DNA of 62,669 bases from NCBI GenBank assembly GCA_036785375.1, contig JAWMAR010004017.1, positions 1-62,669 on the forward strand, written 5' to 3'. A program made the translations under genes and the position numbers. The notes below the pieces were generated by a model, which was not told where the DNA came from, ran no database searches, and saw only the letters and a program-made list of their open reading frames with translations. The DNA is from Leucoraja ocellata. Its lineage: Eukaryota. Of this stretch, positions 51,767-62,669 are shown one piece after another (position 1 is the stretch's first letter; every line of letters begins with the position of its first letter).

Positions 51767-53488
51767 AGCCGTTGCTGCAGTAATATACCGCTACATCAGA
51801 CAACCGTGGCCCAGGAATGGTTAGTCGATACTCTCTCGCTGTGTTATCCATCACATCAACAAAGCGGCGTTTAGCGAATTCCGCTTGAAAGTGATACTTG
51901 CCGCCAGGGTCTCTCCACACGACGAACTCTGGCCTTCTGCCTGGGTACTGACGGTACCAGTATAAATAATAGGCTTCACTGGTATAGGTGCAAATAAAAG
52001 TGACATGATCGCCCTCCAACCGCTGGACGGCGGGCTCTCGTTGTGTCACGGAATCGGCATAGCTGAGATCTGGGACACGAAATAAGAACATTAGTCGGAA
52101 CTTTGAATACAATCCTCATCGGCGGAAAGAAAATGCAACTTAGTTCATTGTAGTGCAGAGATAGCATATTGGCTATCCCACGAGTATATCTGATACGGAG
52201 ATCCATTGAATCAAACAACGCACACACACACACAACCACTTCGATCGAGCTGTCCAATCGTAGCCACACCTTTTAAACATAGAAACATAGACAATAGTGC
52301 AGGAGTAGGCCATTCGGCCCTTCGAGCCAGCACCACCATTCAATATGAGCATGGCCTGATCAACCACAATCAGTACCCGTGCCAGCTTTCTCCTCATATC
52401 CCCTGATTCAGTCAGACCAAAGAGCTAAATCTAACTTTCTCACGAAAAAATCCTCTGACTGGGCTCCACTGCATTCTGTGGCAGAGAATTCCACAGATTC
52501 AGAACTTTCTGAATGAAAAAGATTTTCTTCATCTCAGTCCTAAGTGGCCGACCCCTTATTCTTAAATATTTTATCCACGTTTGCCTCATACCCCTCTTAA
52601 AGGTGTCTGTTCGTTGCCAGTTCAAAATTATTTTGAATGCTGTTATTTCATAAGGGCATCAGGTCATAAGTGATGGGAACACAATTGGGCCATTCTGTCC
52701 ATCAAGTGTACTCCGCCATTCGATCATGGTCGATCTATCTCCTCCCTCCTAACCCATTTCCCTGCATTCCCCCCATAACCTCTGACACCCCGATTCAACT
52801 CTCAGTTTCACCTACATCCTTTGGTAACTCGGTCCAAATACACACCGCCCGCTTTGGAAGAAGTGGCCACTTATGGCCCTATAAATCTTACCGCTCCCGC
52901 TTTAAACCTACGCTCGGAATCTTCATTTTCCTGCAACTCTCAATGCCCCTCCTAATTTACACACCTCCGGCTATTACCACTCAATGTCTGCGCTCCACGA
53001 ATACAATTGTCGCCTGCCTAAATTATCCCTGTAGCTCTGCCTCCCGATTCGTGGCAATATCGTCGCAAATGATATCTGCATGTTTTGCAGCCGACTGGCA
53101 TATTTTTAATTCGACTGCAGATGAAGAAGTTTCGCCACAAATCGCGCAGTTTATCGTGGATCAACTGGTATATTGCTCCATTGCATTTGCTGCCAATACC
53201 ACACAGGTGAATCCGTTGTCTTCATCTCCATGCAATCGACACTTTCTTTTTGTGATCGGTGCTTACGGCCTTCATACCCCACGGGAAAACCACTCATCCC
53301 AACAGATCCGACCAGTGGTCAGACAACCCAGGGGTTTTCGATATATCTGTGTCTTTCATCTGAATCTCCGTGACCGTGAAATTGGTCAACTCTCCAGACC
53401 CCAGAACGTTAGTTATATTGGGGAAAAACATAACAGCCTTACCGACGATGAACCTCATCCACAGTGCAGCGAGTACAAAGACTCCCAT
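51767..53488 (-). CDS. TCR alpha/delta V segment V4 (leader 53443-53488, V exon 51767-52069; 1.37-kb TE-containing intron)
   Basis: Leader MGVFVLAALWMRFIV G|gtaag; acceptor gtgtcccag; ADSVTQREPAVQRLEGDHVTFIC...YWYRQYPG...DVAVYYCSNG; RSS follows. Confidence 0.87.
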
Positions 53489-53705
53489 TTTTACTCTTTC
53501 CCGAAGTCAGAACTTTTTTGTTTCAGACACCTGTGCACATCGCTCGTAGTGCGTGGAGAGCAGGTGATGTGCTGCAGCAACGGAACTCCTGCTGATAATC
53601 GATAGAACGACAGCTTACGTCTGCTTGGGCTTGATTTGACGTACCTCCCTGCTCCAGATTGTGACGTGTGCTCAGTGGGAGAATACAGAGAATGTCAGAG
53701 CCGAT

Positions 53706-54446
53706 TGGACCAATAGACATTTTTTTGCAAGCTTTAGAACCAATAGACATTTTTTTGCAAGCATTGTAGAACCAAAAGAGGCACTTTTTGCAAACATTGT
53801 AGAACCAAAAAAGACACATTCTGCAAGCATTGTAGAACCAAAAAGAGACACTTTTTGCAAACATTTTAGAACCAATAGACACCTTTTGCAAGCATTTAGA
53901 CCAATATACACTTTTTACAAGCATTTAGAGCCAATGGACATTTTTTGCAAGCTTTAGAACCAATAGACATTTTTTGCAAGCATTTTAGAACATATAGACT
54001 TTTTTTGCAAGTATTTTAGAACCAAAAAGACACATTCTGCAAGCATTATAGAACGAAAAGAGATACTTTTTGCAAACATTTTATAACCGATAGACCCTTT
54101 TTGCAAGCATTTTGGAAACAATAGACACTTTTTGCAAGCTTTAGAACCAATATACATTTTTTGCAAGCATTTTGGAACCAATAGTCATTTTTACAAGCTT
54201 TCGAACCATTAGACATGTTTTTGCAAACATTAGAACCAATATACATTTTACATGCATTTTAGAACCAATAGTCACTTTTTACAAGCTTTAGAACCAATAG
54301 ACATTTTTTTGCAAGCTTTAGAACCAATAGACATTTTTTGCAAGCTTTAGAACCAATAGACATTTTTTGCAAGCTTTAAAACCAATAGACACTTTTTGCA
54401 AACATTTTAGAACCAATGGACACTTTTTGCAAGCATTTAAGAACCA
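53706..54446. repeat. Minisatellite, ~30-33-bp unit AGAACCAATAGACATTTTTTGCAAGCTTT
   Basis: More than 20 visible degenerate copies. Confidence 0.9.
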
Positions 54447-55844
54447 CTAAGGGCACTCACATTTGAGTAGACATGTGGTCAGTGTTATTCACAGTTCAGA
54501 GAAACGTAACCCTCTGCCTTCCTCCATCTTGAAGAGTGAGTGAGGCACATCACTGCCTCGTTTTATAGTCCCTCTGCTGCCAGCGGGGGCAGCAGAGAGA
54601 ATGGGGAATTTTGTAAAAACATTAATATCTCTGTCATTGTTCATCGACGGGAAAGATCCTCGGCACACATGCGGCGGAGGGGTGCTCTGAGCAAGGTGGC
54701 CAAAATGACGGCCGTAGGTGGCGGCGTTTTCTCGGAAATCGCAGCACAGACGGCCGAAAGCAGTCAAGAACAGAGATTTAGTAATATACTAGACCAAGTG
54801 CAGACTCTGCTCCCCCAATGTTGTGATCCCCAACCCAATATTCCACCATGCACCCGTCTCCTCCAATGGAACTGAAGCCGTTCTCAAAAGTAAGATTCCA
54901 GCACTGCCCTGCCTCCCTCAGCAGTGGATTAAAAAACAATCCAATGGCACCTACCCTGCCTGCTGCAGCAGTTAAAAGTTCAGAGTGTTCCTGTCTTGCA
55001 ACTTTGTTTCGAAGTGCGTTGGAAGCTGACATGTAAATGGAGAAGCCAGTTTATTCTTGAAATACTTGGGGGTGGGGGCGAGTAGGATTTGATTGAAAAC
55101 GTGTACTTCAGCACGACGAAATGTAATGAGGGGCGGATACTTAGAAAGAAAAGCGAAATCTCTACCGAAATGGAAAAGATCTCGGAGATTGAGCGTCTGG
55201 ATTGGGCGTGGCAATGAATCAAAGGAAGAAATGCAGCCGGCAGCCGTACATGCAAATGGATCCATTCCGATTGGACATCTGCGAGCATCGGCCATTCCGA
55301 TTGGACATCTGCGAGTTTCGGGCACGAATCAAAAGGGCACGAATCAAAAGGCAGAAAGGGATCCGGACGGCAGCCGGANNNNNNNNNNNNNNNNNNNNNN
55401 NNNNNNNNNNNNNNNNNNNNNNNNNNNNNNNNNNNNNNNNNNNNNNNNNNNNNNNNNNNNNNNNNNNNNNNNNNNNNNNNNNNNNNNNNNNNNNNNNNNN
55501 NNNNNNNNNNNNNNNNNNNNNNNNNNNNNNNNNNNNNNNNNNNNNNNNNNNNNNNNNNNNNNNNNNNNNNNNNNNNNNNNNNNNNNNNNNNNGGGTCCCA
55601 TGTTCACACGGGAGGGCTGGCCTCCCAATGCAATATTCCACCTCTTCACCAATTAAAATATTGGTAGCCAGTGGGGGGGGGGGGGGGGGGCTTTCTGGAG
55701 GGCTAGTATTGGTATTGTGGGCTGAAGGGACTGATTGCAAGAGGGCTAGTATGGACATTGTTGGCCAAATGGATTCTTAGGGTGACAGCTCAGTCACTCA
55801 AGCCTGATATGCTGGCAGCTCACTCACGGCTGGAGTGCGAGCAG

Positions 55845-56380
55845 TTTCAAGCACGGTTCATGGCTACCAAATTCAATTGCAGTTTCATACCACTTCAAGC
55901 AGGGTACAAGGCTACCACATTCAGGTGCAGTTTCACACCACTTCAAGCAGGGTGCAGGGCCACCGAATTCAAGTGCAGTTTCCGACCACTTCAAGCAGGG
56001 TGCAAGGCCACCAAATTCAAGTACAGTTTCATACCACTTTAAGCAGGGTGCAGGGCCATGTAACTCAAGTTCAGTTTCCTACCATTTCAAGTAGGGTGCA
56101 GGGCCACCAAACTCAAGTGCAGTTTCCTACCACTAAGCAGGGTGCAGGGCCACCAAACTCAAGTGCAGTTTCATGCCACTTCAAGCAGGTTGCAAGGCCA
56201 ACACATGCAAGTGCTGTTTAATGCCATGTCAAGCAGGGTGCAAGGCAACCAAATTCACGTGCAGTTTCATACCACTTCAAGCAGGGTGCAAGACAACTAA
56301 ATTGAAGTGCAGTTTCATACCATTTCAAGTAGGGTGCAAGGCCAAAACATTCAAATGCAGTTTCATACCATTTCAAGCGG
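55845..56380. repeat. Minisatellite, ~48-bp unit CAAGCAGGGTGCAAGGCCACCAAATTCAAGTGCAGTTTCATACCACTT
   Basis: About 11 degenerate copies. Confidence 0.88.
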
Positions 56381-57636
56381 GATGAAACCACCATAAAACC
56401 ACCATAAAACACTACACTCACAGTTCAGTAGATATTCAGTGTGTTCAGTTGATTCACACCTCAGACAGAGTAGTGACCTCTCCCTCCCCCAACGTGCAGA
56501 GACTGAGCCACGCCCATACTTCCAGGTTTTATTATCCCACCCCCTCCCAAAGGAAAGGGTGTGGCTTTCATGGCGTGATTGACAGGAGAGAGATTCTCAA
56601 CATTTTTTTAAACTCTAAAAACACCTTTATTTTTAATTGATGGGAAGAATCCTCTGCACCTGATATGCAGGGTACTGAGTAAGATGGCCAAAAATCACAG
56701 CCGTAATTGGTAGCGTTTAATCTAAAATCAATATACATTGCAAACAGGAAGTTGTCAAGTTACCACCACCAACAACCACTGCAGTGCAGCATTTCAAAGC
56801 AGTTACCACCACCAACAACCATTTGCAGTGCAACATTTCAAAGCAGTTGCCACCACCAACCATTTGCAGTGCAGCATTTCAAAGCAACCACATTTTCATT
56901 TTCAAATCACATTAAGGGCACTCACAGTTGAATGGACACGTGTTAAGTGTTATTCACAGCTCAGAGAGACGTGACCCTCTCACTTCCTCAATCTTGCAGA
57001 GACTGAGTGAGGGACATCACTTCCGGGTTTTATAGTCCCTCCCCCCTCCCACCAGCAGGGGCGGCAGAGAGAATGTCAACATTTAAAAAATATTAATAAC
57101 TCTTTTATTTTTCATCAATGGGAAAAAAATCGTCGTGTACTACGCAGCGGAGCGGGACTCTGAGTAAGATGGATAGAAATCACAGCCGTAAGTGGCATCG
57201 TTTTTTCAAAAATCACGAAACAGGAAAACAGCAAGTGGTCAAGATCTTACTTTTAGTAATATAGATAGATACGGAAAACAGCAAATAGTTGTTTTGGAGT
57301 GTTGAACGTTGAGAGGGGACCATGTGACTTACCTTCACCTCACAATTTAGTCCTAAGGAAAGGCCTAGAGCTTCAGTAGTTTTATATGTCGAATCATTTC
57401 ATTGTTCGGAGTCGCAACCAATTATATTTTCAGATATGATCAAATTATTGCGAGCGGATTGGATAAATGCAAGCGGCCTTAATTTTGATTGGATGGATGG
57501 AAGCTGCAAGCTGATTGGATGCTTCATTCAAAGCCAGCAGCGACGCAATAATCAGCGAGGCCGGATATCGCATAATATCTTCACTGCAAACAATTTCAGA
57601 GTCAGTCCTCTTTGTTCAGGACGGTCGCCGGCCGAC

Positions 57637-58170
57637 ATGTTCGCAGTTCTTGCTCATTTGTTTTATTTCGCTGTAGCTCTTTTCACAAGTAAGCTCGCAA
57701 AGTATACGGTTTCCCTTATCACGTGTCGCTGATATCGAAAATCTCCCGCCGGCTACTTCGACTTTGATCTATCTCAGTTGAATATGTCCAACCTCTCCTC
57801 GCGAATATTGGGCTGTATTAATTTAAAATACAAAAATGTTGATGTGTTTTTAAATTATTGCAGGTGTCGTTGCCATAGACTCAGTCTCACAGGAACCGTC
57901 TAACTTGACGCCGGTGGAAGGAGACTCGGCGAAAATTAACTGCAGGTATTCAACTACGGCTGATATGTATTCTTTGCATCTGTACCGTCAGAAACCGAAC
58001 AGTGGCTTCACCTTCCTGATTCTCATCCCATCCTTCGGAAACATTTCCAGGGCACAAATTGTGGGTCCTCGAATTTCCGCGTCCCTCGACACTTCGAGAG
58101 GCGAAAGTTCATTCACCCTGGCTGGAGTGGAGCTGTCTGACGGAGCCGTATATTACTGCGTGCTGAGAGA
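57637..58170 (+). CDS. TCR alpha/delta V segment V5 (leader 57637-57688, V exon 57864-58170); conserved Trp replaced by Leu
   Basis: Leader MFAVLAHLFYFAVALFT A|gtaag; acceptor ttattgcag; DSVSQEPSNLTPVEGDSAKINC...LHLYRQKP...DGAVYYCVLR; RSS follows. Confidence 0.88.
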
Positions 58171-58209
58171 CACGGTGCCACTATCCATGAGCGGCCTCGT
58201 ACAAAAACT
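58171..58209 (+). other. 23-RSS of V5
   Basis: CACGGTG + 23 nt + ACAAAAACT. Confidence 0.9.
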
Positions 58210-58337
58210 ATGCCGCCTCAGAAAAAAAAACATCGCGAGAACGTTGGGATTAGATTGTGGTGAGTGGCAGGCGGGGGGAGATATTCGGCAAACCTGCACC
58301 GAAACCACCAATGTTGCTCAGAGGACAGACACCGTAT

Positions 58338-59083
58338 GAACATAGAAACATAGAAACATAGAAATTAGGTGCAGGAGTAGGCCATTCGGCCCTTCGAACC
58401 TGCACCGCCATTGAATATGATCATGGCTGATCATGCAACTCAGTATCCCGTACCTGCCTTCTCTCCATACCCCCTGACCCCCTTAGCCACAAGGGCCACA
58501 TCTAACTCCCTCTTAATGAACTGGCCTCAACTACTCTCTGTGGCAGAGAGTTCCAGAGATTCACCACTCTCTGTGTGAAAAATGTTCTTCTCATCTCGGT
58601 TTTAAAGGCTTTTCCCCTTATCCTTAAGCTGTGACCACTTGTCCTGGACCTCCCCAACATCGGGAACAATCTTCCTGCATCTAGCCTGTCCAACCCCTTA
58701 AGAATTTTGCAAGTTTCTATAAGATCCCCTCTCAATCTCCTAAATTCAAGAGAGTATAAACCAAGTCTATCCAGTCTTTCTTCATAAGACAGTCCTGACA
58801 TCCCAGGAATCAGTCTGGCGAACCTTCTCTGCACTCCCTCTATGGCAATAATGTATTTCCTCATATTTGGAGACCAAAACTGTACGCAATGCTCCAGGTG
58901 TGGTCTCACCAAGACCCTGTACAACTGCAGTAGAACCTCCCTGCTCCTATACTCAAAGCATTTTGCAATGAAAGCTAACATACCATTCGCTTTCTTTACT
59001 GCCTGCTGCACCTGCATGCCTACCTTCAATGACTGGTGTACCATGACACCCAGGTCTCGCTGCATCTCCCCCTTTCCCAATCG
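58338..59083 (-). mobile_element. CR1/HER1 LINE 3' end
   Basis: Near-consensus ORF2 C-terminus, (CATAGAAA)n. Confidence 0.92.
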
Positions 59084-59847
59084 GAACGAACAGGATGCCA
59101 CCCGATATCTAGATAGAAATATTATGACTTCCTCATCAGTGCCTGTATTTTCGATTCAGTTGGAGGGAGTTTCCTCTGACAACATACGAATGGAAGTTAA
59201 TGCGATGTTTCAGCGGATGGTGCAAATAATAAAGTCACATCTTGGAAATCGATCAGGAACTATAGGGGACGATAGGGGACGATCAGCCATGATCACAATG
59301 AATGGCTGTGCTGGCTCGAAGGGCCGAATGGCCTCCTCCTGCAACTATCTTCTGTGTTTCTATGTTTCTAAAAGGGAAAATATTGGCAATATTCACAATT
59401 CTGCATATTTGGAAAGATAAAAGGGAACGGACCTGGAATGTTGTGGTTTGGGCACTGCAGATTAGTGTACAGGATTTAATCTTCAGTGTTCGAAGGTGTG
59501 AGCAGAATGGTCGGTTGGTTGGTCACTGCTGCTCTGAGCGGAATGACATTCTTAGGCGTCGGCAGTTTGTGTGTCTTCGCGCTGAGAGCGATTTCTAACG
59601 TCACACCTCCGACGGCGCCCTCTGGTGTTAACTCAGGGGATTCTCAAATTACTTTCCATCGGCTGCTGTGTCTGAGCTGTATACCTTAGATCTTAAAACA
59701 GGGCGGTCGCAATGTTATCGAATGGCTCACCGTCAGAACGGTTCCAAAGAATGGAATAGGAGTGGAACACTTTGGTCGCAGCAGTTTTACGCACCCTGGT
59801 TTACGCCACACCTGGATTGGAATTGTGGTCGCCCCATTACACGAATA

Positions 59848-60263
59848 ATAGAAACATAGAAACATAGAAAATAGGTGCAGGAGTAGGCCATTCGACCCTT
59901 CGAGCCTGCACCGCTATTCAATATGATCATGACTGATCATCCAACTCAGAATCCCATACCTGCCTGATCCCTTTAACCACAAGGGCCACATCTATCTCCC
60001 TCTTAAATATATCCAATGAACTGGCCTGAACTACCTTCTGTGGCAGATAATTCCACAGAATCACCACTATCTGTGTAAACAATGACTTCTCATGTCGGTC
60101 CTAAAAGATTTCCCCCTTTATCCTTAAACTGTGACCCCTTGTTCTGGACTTCCCCAACATCGGGAACAATCTTCCTGCATCTAGCCTGTCCAACCCCTTA
60201 AGAATTTTGTAAGTTTCTATAAGATCCCCCCTCAATCTTCTAAATTCTAACGAGTACAAGCCG
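59848..60263 (-). mobile_element. CR1/HER1 LINE 3' end
   Basis: Same family. Confidence 0.9.
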
Positions 60264-60494
60264 ATGCTTAGGCTTTGGAGAGTAGGCTGGACGTTTAGCA
60301 GAATATTGTCCGGATTGCAGATTATTACACATTAGAAGCAGTTGGGCAAACGTGGATTGTTCCTACTGTAGCCTCGGGGAAAGCGTAGAAATCGTTTTCC
60401 CTCAGCCGGATAGGGACATCCAAGATTATAAGGCATTGCTTTGATACAATAAAAACTAAGTTTAAAATATGCGCGGCAGAAGTATTTTACACAA

Positions 60495-61038
60495 TGTTTT
60501 CAAGAAGGAACTGCAGATGCTGGAAGATCGAAGGTACACAAAAATGCTGGAGAAACTCAGCGGGTGCAGCAGCATCTATGGAGCGAAGGAAATAGGCGAC
60601 GTTTCGGGCCGAAACCCTTCTTCAGACTGATGGGGGGTGGGGGGGGGGGGAGTAGGAAGGAAAAAGGGAGGAGGAGGAGCCCGAGGGCGGGGGGATGGGA
60701 GGAGACAGCTCGAGGGTTAATGGAGGGGAGGAGACTGCAGGGGTTAGCAACACTGGGAGAATTCAACGAACAGCACCTCACATTCCGCCTGGGTTGCTTG
60801 CGTCCGGATGGCATGAACGTTGAATTCTCCAAGTTTTGCTAGCCCTTGCTGTCTCCTCCCCTTCCTTAACCCTCGAGCTGTCTCCTCCCATCCCCCCGCC
60901 CTCGGGCTCCTCTTCCTACCTTTTTCCTTCCTCCCCCCATCAGTGTGAAGAAGGGTTTCGGCCCGAAACGGCGCCTATTTCCTTCGCTCCATAGATGCTG
61001 CTGCACCCTCTGAGTTTCTCCAGCATTTTTGTATACCC
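60495..61038. mobile_element. Penelope-like inverted-terminus insertion with 12-bp TSD
   Basis: ~230-bp inverted arms around EQHLTFRLGCLRPDGMNVEFS; TATTTTACACAA at 60483-60494 and 61039-61050. Confidence 0.85.
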
Positions 61039-61716
61039 TATTTTACACAACGGTGGGTGTCTGGAACGTACCGCCAGAGATAATGCCGTATGGTATTTCA
61101 GACGTGTGTTGGTGTGCACGTGGATATGCAGGGGACGGGTAGATATGCGCGGAATTGAGGCATATCGATCCAGCGCAGGCAGAGGACAATAGGTAAATTA
61201 GGCAACATGTTTCGCGCCGAAACCATGAGCCACAACGTCTGTTCCTGTACCGTACTGTACTGTGTTCTGTCTTCTTTGCCCCTCGTTTTTTCGGGCTCAT
61301 TGCTTCGCACTCAACGCGGAGGGGCTGTTCGCCCTTTCACAGCTGCTTCGGAGGCGGCGGTTCGGTGACGGCATCCGGCACCTGGTTCTAATTCTAACTG
61401 AATGGGCTTCTGCTGACTTTCCCGGCAAACTCCTCCCTGTACCCTGTTGCCCTCCCATCTGAGTCAGAATAAGCCACGGATACTGGACGCATGACCCAGA
61501 AGTGCTCGATAAGTGCTGAAATAACGAAACGGGTCAAGCAACATATGTGGGGAGGAATTCTTAAGCGGGAAGAAGGGTCCCGACCGCAAACGCGTCTCTC
61601 CATTCTTTCCATACTGCAGACCAATGGGTTCTTTCAGCACATTATGTTTGCTCCCCATTAAGCAATGCATTGGGCCCAAGCAGTGTCATCCAACCTTGTA
61701 CTTTAATATCATATCG

Positions 61717-62060
61717 GATTGTTCCCGATGTTGGAGAAGTCCAGGACAAGGGGTCACAGCTTAAGGATAAGGGGGAAATCCTTTAAAACCGAGATGAGCA
61801 GAACTTTTTTTCACACAGAGAGTGGTGAATCTCTGGAACTCTCTGCCACAGAGGGTAATTGAGGCCAGTTCATTGGCTATATTTAAGAGGGGGTTAGATG
61901 TGGCCCCTGTGGCTAAGGGGATCAGGGGGTATGGAGAGAAGGCAGGTACGGGATACTGAGTTGGATGATCAGCCATGATCATATTGAATGGCGGTGCAGG
62001 CTCGAAGGGCCGAATGGCCTACTCCTGCATCTAATTTCTATGTGTCTATGTTCTATGTAC
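61717..62060 (+). mobile_element. CR1/HER1 LINE 3' end
   Basis: Same family. Confidence 0.9.
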
Positions 62061-62089
62061 TCTAATGTGAGCATGGTGACTCCGATCAC

Positions 62090-62460
62090 ACGAATCTGGG
62101 GAGAGGTACAGGAGCATCAGCTGCAAAACCAGCAGGATTCTCCACAGTTTCTTCCCACAGGCAATAAGACTGATTAACCGACTGTGTCCCCTCCCCAAAT
62201 ATCGTTCAAAAACACATGCAACCTCGTCCATACTTTGAAGCCACTGTCGGTCGGAATGTCTGTTTTTATTCTATTGTAAATTTTAGGCCTACTTTTTGTT
62301 TTAGACATGGTAATTTTAATTTGTTTTTACAGCCCTTTTTATTTATCCTTTTTTTTAATTAACGACACTGAATGAAAACTGGTCGAGGAACGTTTTTCGT
62401 TTCCTCTGTGTATGCAAGTACTCAGTGAAAATTATATTAAATAAATACTGAATACTGAAC
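62090..62460 (+). mobile_element. Rex1/Babar-like LINE 3' end
   Basis: Paralog of 3400-3828 with (TACTGAA)n tail. Confidence 0.7.
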
Positions 62461-62669
62461 ACGTGATAAATAGGTTTCATCGATTTGCAGCTGCATTTTC
62501 ATCACAATAAATGCTAATGTGTTGTACGCCCATTGTGGACATTTGTGAACCAAATTTCATCTGCATCCCTAACCGCTGCAGTCTGTAACTGTTCTAAATC
62601 CAGATTGACGACCCACATCAAATGACTGAATAGCGCTGGTCTCAATGCCACGTACAACTGATGACCCAG

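Larger units (their letters stand above)
53690..57265 (-). mobile_element. Composite non-autonomous Helitron block with internal minisatellites
   Basis: CTAG end at 54789-54792, TCTATATTACTAAAA start at 57265, three related ~340-bp modules. Confidence 0.65.

Noticed and set aside
52670-53605. 311-aa plus-strand ORF
   Set aside because: No recognisable domain; overlaps decayed CR1 sequence and is antisense to the V4 leader and intron; likely a chance ORF.
53706-56380. Regular repeats resembling a CRISPR array
   Set aside because: No unique spacers or cas genes; vertebrate DNA; degenerate minisatellites within Helitron-like elements.
59507-59555. Leader-like MVGWLVTAALSGMTFL exon
   Set aside because: Followed by GCGTCG rather than a valid donor, and no V exon found downstream in the window.

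Overview
Vertebrate, almost certainly cartilaginous-fish (probably skate/ray) genomic scaffold with seven N-gaps; not prokaryotic. Much of it is transposon debris: CR1/HER1-type LINE 3' ends with (CATAGAAA)n tails, one decayed L1-clade LINE, L2 and Rex1/Babar ends, V-SINEs, Penelope-like elements, MITEs and non-autonomous Helitrons. The unique sequence is part of a T-cell receptor alpha/delta variable-gene array. It holds five V segments from mutually divergent families, in mixed orientation, each with a 22/23-bp-spacer RSS; four have an in-phase leader exon, and a sixth segment looks like a decayed relic. Three intact two-exon GPR139/GPR142-like class-A GPCR genes lie in and next to this array. 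Each has a 70-bp first exon, a phase-1 intron and a similar O/E-like + TATA + CGGAA-ATG promoter; the first exons were found by hand and are missed by the ORF track. Other notable signals are hammerhead-ribozyme-like cores with compensatory stem changes in Penelope termini, CTCF-like motifs near V genes, a modular Helitron/minisatellite block between two divergent V promoters, and a 50-bp duplication spanning a GPCR stop codon.
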